A stretch of DNA of 32,000 nucleotides from Longivirga aurantiaca (GCF_042660085.1 NZ_JBHSTI010000002.1:210001-242000); one strand, 5' to 3'. Shown: positions 1-8,106, numbered from the stretch's first letter. Translations and numbers: made by a program. Notes: a model not told the origin generated them from the sequence alone.

Positions 1-213
1 GACATCGACGGGCACGGTTGCCGGCGGCGTGCCGGCGGGGGAGGGCGGAGCGGATGAGGCGGGGGAGGCCGACGCCGAGGCTGCGGCCGTCGGCGGCGCG
101 GGAGCGGCAGTCGCGCCGCACGCGGTCAGCAGGAGGGCGCCGGCCGTCGCGGCGGCGGCCGGCGTCGACCGGTCGAGGACCCGGCGGAGGTGGTGCGTCC
201 GGCGTTCGCTCAT
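1..213 (-). CDS. Putative secreted lipoprotein, N-terminal part only (gene continues beyond left edge)
   Basis: Own translation of the minus strand from ATG at 213 gives MSERRTHHLRRVLDRSTPAAAATAGALLLTACGATAAPAPP... This has a basic n-region, a hydrophobic core, the lipobox LLTAC and then an Ala/Pro/Ser linker. GGAG lies upstream. It is absent from the ORF track because there is no stop in the window. Confidence 0.5.
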   Translation of the reverse strand, partial: MSERRTHHLRRVLDRSTPAAAATAGALLLTACGATAAPAPPTAAASASASPASSAPPSPAGTPPATVPVDV

Positions 214-400
214 GAGGTGATCCGCTCCTCGTGGTGCTCGTGGACGACGTCCCTGCCGCAGGGACGGATAACGGCCGGCCAGTGTTCCCGCCGGACCCTG
301 CGGCGGGGCTCACATGCCGGGCCGCGGGTGCCCGGGGAGCGGAGCCCGGCCGCATCGCGGACAATGGGACCACCCTCGACCCGAGCCCGAGAGAAGCGCC

Positions 401-1657
401 GTGACCACCGACCCGCAGACCGACGTCGTACGAACCGACGTCCTGGTCGTCGGCGCCGGCCCCGGCGGGTCCTCCGCTGCGATCCACCTGGCCCGGCTCG
501 GCCGTGACGTGCTGCTCGTGGACGGCGCGGAGTTCCCGCGCGACAAGGCCTGCGGCGACGGCCTCACGCCGCGCGCAGTGGCCGAGCTGCAGACGCTGAA
601 GCTCGACCACATCCTGGAGGGCGGCCCGGTCAACAAGGGGCTGCGCGGCCACGGCTTCGGCCGCAGCCTCATGCTCCCGTGGAACGGACCGCACCTGCCC
701 AAGCACGGCTCCGCCATCGCGCGCACCGTGCTCGACAACGCGCTGCGCGACGCCGCCCTCGACGCCGGCGCCACCGGCCTCGACGGGCACAAGGCCGTCG
801 ACGTCGAGCTGACGGGCGGCCGCCTCACGACCGTCCTGCTGCGCGGCCGCGACGGCACGGTCCGCGTCGAGGCCGAGCACGTGATCGTGGCCGACGGCGG
901 CAAGTCGCACCTCGGCCGCCTGCTCGGGCGCGCGTGGCACAAGGAGACCGTGTTCGGCGTCGCGTCGCGCGCGTACGCGACGAGCCCGATGGCCGACGAC
1001 CCGTGGATCACCTCGCACCTCGAGCTCCGCGACGAGTCCGGCCGCATGATGGGCGGCTACGGCTGGGTCTTCCCGCTCGGCAACGGCCTCGTCAACGTCG
1101 GCGCGGGCACCCTCGCGACGAGCAAGCGACCGGCCAACATCAACCTGCGCAAGCTCACCGAGGAGTACGCCCGCCAGCGCCGCGACGAGTGGCAGCTCGG
1201 CGAGCTCACCGGCTACGGCTCGGCGCCGCTGCCCATGGGCGGCGCGGTCAGCAACGTGGCGGGCCGCAACTGGATGCTCATCGGCGACGCCGCCGCGTGC
1301 ATCAACCCGCTCAACGGCGAGGGCATCGACTACGCGCTCGAGACCGGGCGCCTCGCGGCCGAGCACATCGTCGAGAGCGGCGCGCGTCCGGACTTCACGG
1401 CGTCCTGGCCGGCCGAGCTCTACGCCGAGTACGGCGAGGCCTTCTCCATCGCGCGACGCCTCGGCATCCTCATCACCCACGAGCGGCTGCTCGCGATGTC
1501 GGGCCCGATCGGGATGCGCATCCCCGCGATCATGGCGGTCGCCTTCCGCGTCATGGGCAACCTCGTCACGCCCGAGGACAGCGACGTCGTCGCCAGGGCC
1601 TGGCGCACCGCCGGCCGCGCCTCGCTGCGCCTCGACCGCCGCCGCCCTTTCCACTGA
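401..1657 (+). CDS. Geranylgeranyl reductase family FAD-dependent oxidoreductase
   Basis: ORF 314..1657. The likely start is GTG at 401 (VTTDPQTDVVRTDVLVVGAGPGGSSAA..). It carries the Rossmann GxGxxG motif, then FPRDKACGDGLTPRAV and LIGDAAACINPLNGEGIDYA, typical of the GGR/MenJ-like family. Confidence 0.85.
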   Translation: MTTDPQTDVVRTDVLVVGAGPGGSSAAIHLARLGRDVLLVDGAEFPRDKACGDGLTPRAVAELQTLKLDHILEGGPVNKGLRGHGFGRSLMLPWNGPHLPKHGSAIARTVLDNALRDAALDAGATGLDGHKAVDVELTGGRLTTVLLRGRDGTVRVEAEHVIVADGGKSHLGRLLGRAWHKETVFGVASRAYATSPMADDPWITSHLELRDESGRMMGGYGWVFPLGNGLVNVGAGTLATSKRPANINLRKLTEEYARQRRDEWQLGELTGYGSAPLPMGGAVSNVAGRNWMLIGDAAACINPLNGEGIDYALETGRLAAEHIVESGARPDFTASWPAELYAEYGEAFSIARRLGILITHERLLAMSGPIGMRIPAIMAVAFRVMGNLVTPEDSDVVARAWRTAGRASLRLDRRRPFH

Positions 1658-1675
1658 TCCCCCCGGCTTGGCTGG

Positions 1676-1773
1676 GTGGGGAATCCGTCGTAGAGAGCAC
1701 GCGCGTTACCCAGCCACGCCGGTGCTCGGGTAGCTGCGTGGGGAATCCGTCGCAGAGCGCACGCTCGTTACCC
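1676..1773 (+). repeat. Two tandem copies (1676-1711 and 1738-1773, 62-nt offset, 33/36 identical) of GTGGGGAATCCGTCGyAGAGmGCACGCkCGTTACCC
   Basis: Direct read of the intergenic region between the reductase stop (1657) and the ATG at 1789. Each copy contains GGAAT-N20-GTT (N19 to CGTT), resembling an ECF sigma -35/-10. Copy A is bracketed by the 8-bp dyad GGCTGGGT/ACCCAGCC (1670-1677/1708-1715). Copy B is bracketed by CGGGTA/TACCCG (1727-1732/1769-1774) and ends in the perfect palindrome GTTACCCGGGTAAC (1767-1780). Confidence 0.6.
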
Positions 1774-1788
1774 GGGTAACGTGGCGCA

Positions 1789-2565
1789 ATGACGTCGACC
1801 GCCGACAAGGCCGCCCTCCTGCAGCAGCTGCACGCCGACCCCGAGCTGCTCGTGCTCGTCAACGTCTGGGACGTCATCACCGCGCAGGTCGCCGCGGCAA
1901 CGCCCGGCGTGAGGGCGATCGCCACGGCCAGCCACTCGATCGCCGTCGCGCACGGCTACCCCGACGGCGAGGTGATCCCGCGCGACGAGATGCTCGAGAC
2001 GGTCGGGCGTATCGCCGCCGCCGTCGACCTGCCTGTCACGGCCGACCTCGAGGCCGGGTACGGCGACGCCGGCGAGACCGCGCGCCGCGCGATCGACCTC
2101 GGCGTCGTCGGCATGAACCTCGAGGACCAGCTGAAGCCGCTGCCCGACGCCGTCGCCGCGGTGCGCGCCGTGGTGCAGGCCGGCGAGGCGGCGGGGATCC
2201 CGTTCGTGCTCAACGCCCGCACCGACGCGTTCCTCCGCGCCGGCGACAAGGACCCCGACGCCGTCCTCGCCGATGCGATCGAGCGCGGCAAGGCCTACCT
2301 CGACGCTGGCGCCTCCACCTTCTTCGCACCGGGCAGGCTCACCGAGGACCAGGTCGAGGCGATCGTCGCGGCGGTCGGCCCGCAGAAGCTCAACCTCATC
2401 GCGGTGCCCGGAGCGATCCCGCTCGCGACGATGCGGCGCCTCGGCGTCGCGCGGGTGAGCTTCGGCCCGTGGAGCCAGAACGTCGCGCTCACGGCGTACG
2501 CCGACCTCGTCGCGTCGGCGGTCGACGGCGGCGGCGTGCCCGACGGGACGCGCCGCTTGAACTAG
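1789..2565 (+). CDS. Isocitrate lyase / phosphoenolpyruvate mutase family protein
   Basis: The 258-aa ORF has NVWDVITAQ..., TASHSIAVAHGYPDGE, DLEAGYGD, NLEDQ and ARTDAF. These match the ICL/PEPM superfamily (2-methylisocitrate lyase / oxaloacetate decarboxylase-like) signature order. Confidence 0.85.
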   Translation: MTSTADKAALLQQLHADPELLVLVNVWDVITAQVAAATPGVRAIATASHSIAVAHGYPDGEVIPRDEMLETVGRIAAAVDLPVTADLEAGYGDAGETARRAIDLGVVGMNLEDQLKPLPDAVAAVRAVVQAGEAAGIPFVLNARTDAFLRAGDKDPDAVLADAIERGKAYLDAGASTFFAPGRLTEDQVEAIVAAVGPQKLNLIAVPGAIPLATMRRLGVARVSFGPWSQNVALTAYADLVASAVDGGGVPDGTRRLN

Positions 2566-2721
2566 CGGGCACCGTCCGTCACCGCCATCCGACTCGACGG
2601 CGGCGGCTCGACGTCCCTCTGGGAGCGCAGGACGGTCGGCGGCACGCTGCTGCGCCTCGACCGCCCGGCCACGGAGTACGAGCTGCCCCTCGTGGACGCC
2701 GTCGCCTTCCGCGCCGTCTGA
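2566..2721 (+). pseudogene. Possible C-terminal relic of a phosphodiester glycosidase (NAGPA/DUF2233)-like gene
   Basis: Own translation of the open frame with no start codon gives RAPSVTAIRLDGGGSTSLWERRTVGGTLLRLDRPATEYELPLVDAVAFRAV*. The LDGGGST motif near a C-terminus is characteristic of that family. The frame begins immediately after the TAG of the preceding gene. Confidence 0.35.
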
Positions 2722-2725
2722 CGCG

Positions 2726-4624
2726 CTAGAGGTCGATGCGGGTGCCGATGGCGATCACGCGGTCGGACGGCAGGCCGAAGAACTGCGACGGTGCCTGCGA
2801 GTTGCGGTGCAGGAAGGCGAAGAACTTCTCGCGGTGCTCGGGCACCGACCCGGCGTCGGTGCCCGCGAACTTGCGCTCCGACAGGTAGTACGTGGCCACC
2901 GACTCGACCTTGCCGAGCACCGAGGAACGCAGCGCGGCAGGGATGTCCGGCGTCTCCATATAGCCCACGGGGATGACGATGCGACGGACGCCCTTCATCA
3001 CGTCGATGATCTCGGGCGGCCCGTCGGCGACGGGGATGCTGACCGTGCGCACGGTGACGACGAGCACCTCGGCCGGCATCGCGTGCAGCACCTTGATCTG
3101 GGAGCTGAGCGCGGCGGGCACGTCCTCGGCCGGGGAGGCGAGATAGACGCCGACGCCCGGCACCCGGGTGATGCTGCCGTGCTTGAGCTCCTCCGCGATG
3201 CTCGGCCAGTGGACGGCGGTGCGCGCCATGTAGTTGTTGAGCGCGCGGTAGCCGTTCGACCAGCCGATCATCACGAGCATGACCACGGCGCCGAACGCGA
3301 CGGGCACCCAGCCGCCCCTGAGCAGGTTCGACAGCGTCCCGACGAGGAACGTGAAGTCGACCACCAGGAACAGGGTCGTGAACGGCCAGAGGCGGTATCC
3401 CGGCCAGCCCCAGGTGCGGCTCGCGACGGCGTGGAAGGCGATCGTGGTGATGAACATCGTGCCCGCGATCACCAGCACGTACGCGTGCGCGAGGGCCGAC
3501 GACGACTGGAAGGCCACCACCACGGCGATGCAGAGCGCGCCGACCGTGACGTTCACGAAGGGCACGTAGATCTGGCCCTCGTGGTCGGCGTGCGTGTGCT
3601 TGATGGACAGGCGCGGCAGCACGCCGAGCTGGATGCCCTGCCGCGCGAGGGAGAACACGCCGGTGATGAGCGCCTGCGACGCGACGACGGTGGCGGCGGT
3701 GGCGAGGATGACGAGCGGCAGCGTGCCGCCGTCCGGTGCCAGCCCGAAGAACGGGTTCTCCGCCATCTCGGGGTTCTCGAGGACGAGCGCGGCCTGGCCG
3801 AGGTAGCAGAGCACGAGCGCCGGCCCCACGAGGAGCGCCCACGACAGCCGGATCGGGCGGCGGCCGAAGTGGCCCATGTCGGCGTACAGGGCCTCGGCGC
3901 CGGTCACCGCCAGGATCACCGACGAAGCGACGGCGAGCGACACCCAGCCGTGCGAGGCGATGTAGCCGAAGGCGTACGACGGCGACAGCGCGAGGAGCGC
4001 GTCCGGGCGGGCGGCCAGCCGGAACACGCCGAGCGCGGCGATCACGAGGAACCACAGCACCATCACCGGGCCGAAGAACTGGCCGATGCGATGGGTCCCC
4101 CGCGACTGCACCGAGAAGAGCAGGACGAGGATCACCACGGCGATCTCGACCGCGTAGGCGCCCAGGCCGGGGCGCACGAGCTCGAGACCCTCGGTGGCCG
4201 ACAGCACGCTGATCGCCGGCGTGAGGACACCGTCGCCGAAGAGCAGGGCGGTGCCCACCAGCACGAGGAGGAAGAGCAGCCGCTCCCTGCCGGTGGAGCT
4301 CTCACGGATGCGGCGGGGCATGAGTGCCAGAAGGCTGAGGATGCCGCCCTCGCCGTGGTTGTCCGCCCGCATCACGATGAGGAGGTACTTGATCGTCACG
4401 ACGATCATGAGGGCCCAGAAGATGAGCGACACGAGGCCGAAGACGTCGTCGAGGTCCCGGCCGCTGGTCGCGAAGGACTCCTTGAAGGCGTACAGCGGGC
4501 TCGTGCCGATGTCGCCGAACACCACGCCCGTGGCCCCGAGGGTCAGCGCGAGCGTGCCCGTGCGTCCCTGCGCCCTGGTCACGGCCGGAAGGCTACCTGC
4601 CGCCGTCGGGCGCACGTGAGTCAC
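2726..4624 (-). CDS. kup: KUP/HAK/KT family potassium transporter
   Basis: This is the C-terminal ~630 aa of the artificial 1262-aa ORF 2726..6514. It contains LTLGATGVVFGDIGTSPLYAFKE, ADNHGEGGILSLLAL, ~12 predicted TM helices and a cytoplasmic tail. The start is uncertain: in-frame GTG at 4624, 4615 or 4582. Confidence 0.9.
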   Translation of the reverse strand: MTHVRPTAAGSLPAVTRAQGRTGTLALTLGATGVVFGDIGTSPLYAFKESFATSGRDLDDVFGLVSLIFWALMIVVTIKYLLIVMRADNHGEGGILSLLALMPRRIRESSTGRERLLFLLVLVGTALLFGDGVLTPAISVLSATEGLELVRPGLGAYAVEIAVVILVLLFSVQSRGTHRIGQFFGPVMVLWFLVIAALGVFRLAARPDALLALSPSYAFGYIASHGWVSLAVASSVILAVTGAEALYADMGHFGRRPIRLSWALLVGPALVLCYLGQAALVLENPEMAENPFFGLAPDGGTLPLVILATAATVVASQALITGVFSLARQGIQLGVLPRLSIKHTHADHEGQIYVPFVNVTVGALCIAVVVAFQSSSALAHAYVLVIAGTMFITTIAFHAVASRTWGWPGYRLWPFTTLFLVVDFTFLVGTLSNLLRGGWVPVAFGAVVMLVMIGWSNGYRALNNYMARTAVHWPSIAEELKHGSITRVPGVGVYLASPAEDVPAALSSQIKVLHAMPAEVLVVTVRTVSIPVADGPPEIIDVMKGVRRIVIPVGYMETPDIPAALRSSVLGKVESVATYYLSERKFAGTDAGSVPEHREKFFAFLHRNSQAPSQFFGLPSDRVIAIGTRIDL

Positions 4625-4687
4625 CGTTCCGGGTGGCACCCGTCGGGCCCGGGGGTGAAGACTGTCGGGGACACGAAGGAGCCCACC

Positions 4688-4873
4688 ATGGCTGACAAGG
4701 CGGCGTCCGGCGCCAGCGAGGACACCAAGGCCAAGTTCCTCGAGGCCCTTGAGAAGAAGAAGAACGGCCACGCCAAGCCCGGCGAGCACAAGCACGACGG
4801 ACCCGACCACGCGCACGGCGAGCACGGGGCGGCCGGCGGCAAGCGCGAGTTCCGGCGCAAGTCCGGCGGCTGA
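4688..4873 (+). CDS. Small conserved actinobacterial protein (DUF5302-like), His-rich
   Basis: ATG at 4688 is preceded by AAGGAG (4675-4680). The product is the 61-aa MADKAASGASEDTKAKFLEALEKKKNGHAKPGEHKHDGPDHAHGEHGAAGGKREFRRKSGG. It is the tail of track ORF 2807..4873. Confidence 0.7.
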   Translation: MADKAASGASEDTKAKFLEALEKKKNGHAKPGEHKHDGPDHAHGEHGAAGGKREFRRKSGG

Positions 4874-4969
4874 CCTGACCGACGGCCCGCTCCCGTGGGC
4901 CGTCGGTTCGCGCTGGACTACGTATCGGCTGCGGCAAACGGCCCTGCGCGGCGCCCGTGCACCGGCACG

Positions 4970-6475
4970 ATGGCGCCCATGACTGGGAACCCGGCACAGA
5001 CCATCGCCTACCCCGCGCCGGGGTCGCGCCCGCGCAAACAGAGCTCGGAGCGCACCCTCCCGCACGTCATCGTGCTGTTCGGCGCCACCGGCGACCTGTC
5101 CCGCCGCAAGCTGCTGCCGGGCCTCGTGCACCTCACGACCTCCGCCCTCGCCCCCGACATCCGTGTCGTCGCCACCTCCCTCGAGGACTACGACGACGAC
5201 GCGTTCCGCCGGTTCACCAAGGACGCGCTCGACGAGTTCGGCACGCATGCGCTGTCCGACGAGGCCTGGGCGACGTTCGCCGACCAGCTCAGCTACGTCC
5301 CGACGTCTGCCGGCCCGGACGCACTGGCCGAGGTCGTCAACCGCGAGCGGGCGGCCCTCGGCGAGGAGGCGCACCTGCTGCACTACCTGAGCGTGCCGCC
5401 GCGCTCGGCATTCGAGGTGATCGCCATGCTGCGCGAGGCCGGGCTGGTGCAGGACTCCCGGGTCGTGATGGAGAAGCCGTTCGGCACCGACCTCGAGACG
5501 GCCATCCACCTCAACGACCACCTGCACGAGACCTTCTCCGAGGAGCAGATCTTCCGCATCGACCACTTCCTCGGGAAGGAGGCTGCGCAGAACATCCTCG
5601 CCTTCCGCTTCGCCAACGGGCTCTTCGAGCCCATCTGGAACCGCAACTTCATCGACCACGTGCAGATCGACATCCCCGAGACCCTCGACCTCGGGAAGCG
5701 CTCGGCCTTCTACGAGGCCACCGGTGCCTACAAGGACATGGTCGTCACGCATCTCTTCCAGGTGCTGGCGTTCGTGGCGATGGAGCCGCCGACGGCGCTG
5801 GAGCCGCGGGCGATCAGCGAGGAGAAGAACAAGGTCTTCCGCTCGCTGCTGCCGATCGATCCCGCGAACGTCGTGCGCGGCCAGGTGGCCGGCTACAAGG
5901 ACCAGCCCGGTGTCGCCCCCGACTCCGACACCGAGACCTTCATCGCGCTGCGCTGCGACATCGACAACTGGCGCTGGGCGGGTGTCCCGTTCTACCTGCG
6001 CACCGGCAAGCAGATGGCCGAGGGGCAGCGCATCATCTCGATCGCCTTCAAGGAGGCACCACGGACGATGTTCGCCGCCAACTCGGGTGTCGGGGCGGCC
6101 GGGCCGGACCACCTGACCTTCGACCTCGCCGACGCCTCGAAGGTCTCCCTGTCCTTCTACGGCAAGCGGCCCGGACCGGGCATGTTCCTCGAGAAGCTGT
6201 CGATGCAGTTCTCCACCCAGGACACCGAACGGGCGGGCGACGTCCTCGAGGCGTACGAGCGGCTGCTCCTGGACGCCATGCGCGGCGACCACACGCTCTT
6301 CACGACGTCCGAGGGCATCGAGAGCCTGTGGGCGCGGTCGCAGGACCTGCTCGACGACCCGCCGCCGGTGAAGCCGTACGGCGTCGGCACGTGGGGGCCG
6401 AACGCCATCCACCAGCTCATCGCGCCGCACGCCTGGCGGCTCCCGTTCGAGCGGGTCTGGCGCGAGCAGAGGTAG
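4970..6475 (+). CDS. zwf: Glucose-6-phosphate dehydrogenase
   Basis: Motifs LFGATGDLSRRKL, EKPFGTDL and RIDHFLGKE, plus full-length colinearity with Zwf. The likely start is ATG 4970 (MAPMTG..); 4979 is also possible. Confidence 0.9.
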   Translation: MAPMTGNPAQTIAYPAPGSRPRKQSSERTLPHVIVLFGATGDLSRRKLLPGLVHLTTSALAPDIRVVATSLEDYDDDAFRRFTKDALDEFGTHALSDEAWATFADQLSYVPTSAGPDALAEVVNRERAALGEEAHLLHYLSVPPRSAFEVIAMLREAGLVQDSRVVMEKPFGTDLETAIHLNDHLHETFSEEQIFRIDHFLGKEAAQNILAFRFANGLFEPIWNRNFIDHVQIDIPETLDLGKRSAFYEATGAYKDMVVTHLFQVLAFVAMEPPTALEPRAISEEKNKVFRSLLPIDPANVVRGQVAGYKDQPGVAPDSDTETFIALRCDIDNWRWAGVPFYLRTGKQMAEGQRIISIAFKEAPRTMFAANSGVGAAGPDHLTFDLADASKVSLSFYGKRPGPGMFLEKLSMQFSTQDTERAGDVLEAYERLLLDAMRGDHTLFTTSEGIESLWARSQDLLDDPPPVKPYGVGTWGPNAIHQLIAPHAWRLPFERVWREQR

Positions 6476-6558
6476 GTCAGCCGAGCGCCCCCCAACGCGG
6501 GGGGACAAGCACATACGTCGTCCGGGCGCGGTCCCGTGCCGCGCTGCGGCGCATCCGT

Positions 6559-7587
6559 TCAGGCATCGAGGGCCACCGCCGTCGTGATCGCGGCCAGCGC
6601 ACGACGGTCGCCGGTGCGGGCGTGGACGTCGAGGGCAGTGTCGGCCAGCTTCACGACGTGCTCCCCACCGTGGAGCACCGCGCTCTCCCAGATCTCGTCC
6701 GCGGTCGCCTCGGTGCTGCGCCCAGGGCCGTCCGCGGCGGGTCGGTACGCCGCGAGCACCGCCGCAGTGGCTGTCCAGGCGGCATCGAGGCTAGGCCGCC
6801 ACAGCTCGCGCGGGAGCGTCGGCAGGGTCCGTGCGACGGCGTTGGGCGCGGTTGCCGCGTGCACGAGCATCGTCGGGTTCCCGACCGCGATGCGCGGGTA
6901 GGCGAGCACGACCGCGTCGACCACGGCGTCCAGGACCGCGGGGACGTCGGCGTCCGACTTCGGACGGCGCAGGGCCGAGGCCTGCTCGGGCCAGCCGTCG
7001 GTGGTGGCCAGCTGGGCGAGCCGGTCGCGGATCCCGCCCTCCTGCCTCGCGACGCGGGGAAGCGTCGCCAGGAGTGCACCGGGGTCGGCGTCCCCGTGAA
7101 CTGGGGCGAGCGGCACGGCCTGCCAGCGAGCAGCCCAGTAGCCGAGGGCGTGCGCGAGCTCGGTCACGCGCGGCTGCGTCACCTCGCTGCGCAGCGCGTG
7201 CACGGCGTGACCGACCCGGATGACGCCGTGCGTCGCGCCGGCCGCGATCCCGGGCAGCAGCACCGGCCACCACGTCGCGAGGACGTCGGTCCATGCCGCC
7301 TCGTAGAGCTCCCGCTCGAAGAAGCCGATCCAGTCGGCGAGCCGGCGCCCGTCGCCGAGCGCTTCGGATGTGTCGGCACGGCCAAGCCGGGCCCACGGTC
7401 GCGGCATCTCCTCGAGCCGGAGCGCGTAGTCGTCGGTCCACTGGTGGACGACGGAGCCGGAGCCGCGACGCGCGAGCGCCTCGACGGCCATCGGCCCGTG
7501 GTTGGACAGCCAGCCCTCGAACTCGGGGCCGGTGGCGTGGAGGCGCTCGAGCGCCTCGTCATAGGTACCTGCGGCGGTTGTCTGCAT
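6559..7587 (-). CDS. Questin oxidase family (DUF4243) protein
   Basis: ORF 6559..7608. It contains WLSNHGPMAVEALARRG, ATHGVIRVGHAVHALR, ELAHALGYWAARW and MLVHAATAPNAV, matching my recollection of the DUF4243/questin oxidase pattern. The start is chosen at ATG 7587 (MQTTAAGTYDEALERL) because of the promoter geometry described under the SoxR box. Confidence 0.7.
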   Translation of the reverse strand: MQTTAAGTYDEALERLHATGPEFEGWLSNHGPMAVEALARRGSGSVVHQWTDDYALRLEEMPRPWARLGRADTSEALGDGRRLADWIGFFERELYEAAWTDVLATWWPVLLPGIAAGATHGVIRVGHAVHALRSEVTQPRVTELAHALGYWAARWQAVPLAPVHGDADPGALLATLPRVARQEGGIRDRLAQLATTDGWPEQASALRRPKSDADVPAVLDAVVDAVVLAYPRIAVGNPTMLVHAATAPNAVARTLPTLPRELWRPSLDAAWTATAAVLAAYRPAADGPGRSTEATADEIWESAVLHGGEHVVKLADTALDVHARTGDRRALAAITTAVALDA

Positions 7588-7593
7588 GCGACC

Positions 7594-7624
7594 ATGACAG
7601 GACATCAAGTGGACTTGAGGTCAA
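7594..7624 (-). promoter_or_regulatory. SoxR box embedded in a MerR-type promoter with 19-bp spacer
   Basis: The minus strand reads TTGACC-TCAAGTCCACTTGATGTCC-TGTCAT-GGTCGC-ATG. The core CCTCAAGTCCACTTGATG matches the E. coli soxS operator CCTCAAGTTAACTTGAGG at nearly every position. -35 is TTGACC (7624-7619), the spacer is 19 bp and -10 is TGTCAT (7599-7594). The ATG lies 6 nt further on. Confidence 0.7.
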
Positions 7625-7626
7625 GC

Positions 7627-8106
7627 ATGAAGACGTCCGATCTTCTGAGCATCGGCGAGGTGGCCGAGCGCAGCGGCCTCGCTCCGTCCGCCCTTCGCTA
7701 CTACGAGACGCTCGGCCTCATCACCAGCACGCGCACGGCGGGCGACCGTCGGCGCTACCGCCGGTCGGTGCTGCGGAGGCTCGCGGTGATCCGATCGGCG
7801 CAGAACGTCGGGCTGGCGCTCGACGAGATCGCCGGGTCCCTCGCCGACCTGCCGGCGGACACCGCCCCCACCAAGGCACAGTGGGCGCGGATCTCGGCCC
7901 GGTGGCGGCCGCTGCTCGACGCGCGGATCCGCGACCTCGAGGCCGTCCGGGACAACCTCTCCAGCTGCATCGGCTGCGGATGCCTGTCGATGCGCCAGTG
8001 CGCGCTGTTCAACCCCGCCGACGAGCTCGGGGCGCAGGGGTCCGGACCCCGTCGCAAGGTGCCCCTGCTGGACGCCGTGCCGCCCCGACGCGAAGCGGCG
8101 CGGTGA
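7627..8106 (+). CDS. soxR: Redox-sensitive MerR-family transcriptional activator SoxR ([2Fe-2S])
   Basis: MKTSDLLSIGEVAERSGLAPSALRYYETLGLI is a MerR HTH. The diagnostic cluster motif CIGCGCLSMRQCALFNP is present. The gene is the 3' end of track ORF 4957..8106. Confidence 0.9.
   Translation: MKTSDLLSIGEVAERSGLAPSALRYYETLGLITSTRTAGDRRRYRRSVLRRLAVIRSAQNVGLALDEIAGSLADLPADTAPTKAQWARISARWRPLLDARIRDLEAVRDNLSSCIGCGCLSMRQCALFNPADELGAQGSGPRRKVPLLDAVPPRREAAR

Noticed and set aside
1658-1788. Possible CRISPR array or REP/MITE element
   Set aside because: There are only two repeat copies with a ~26-nt spacer, no cas genes, and no terminal inverted repeats or target-site duplication. It is kept as a finding (tandem regulatory or RNA element) but not called CRISPR or a mobile element.
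1789-2721. TAG read-through fusing the ICL/PEPM gene to the downstream in-frame 51 codons
   Set aside because: The frame match has a one-in-three chance expectation. The two parts belong to unrelated families, and the ICL/PEPM protein is already full length at 258 aa. A deletion relic is more parsimonious.
4625-4687. Riboswitch (e.g. c-di-AMP/ydaO-type) upstream of kup
   Set aside because: Only ~63 bp separate kup from the divergent DUF5302 gene. That is too short for such an aptamer, and no conserved riboswitch motifs are visible.
6488-6504. CCCCCC-AACGC-GGGGGG hairpin after zwf as a terminator
   Set aside because: It is only a 6-bp stem with no U-tract. It is plausible but too weak to list as a feature.
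2726-6514. 1262-aa minus-strand ORF in the track
   Set aside because: Only the C-terminal ~630 aa (2726-4624) is Kup-like. The N-terminal part is Arg/Gly/Val/Asp-rich low-complexity sequence lying antisense to the clearly real zwf gene, so it is a GC-driven shadow ORF extension.
4957-8106. 1049-aa plus-strand ORF
   Set aside because: It is Arg/Pro/Gly-rich nonsense except for the last 159 codons, which are SoxR (7627-8106). The rest overlaps zwf out of frame and the questin-oxidase-like gene in antisense.
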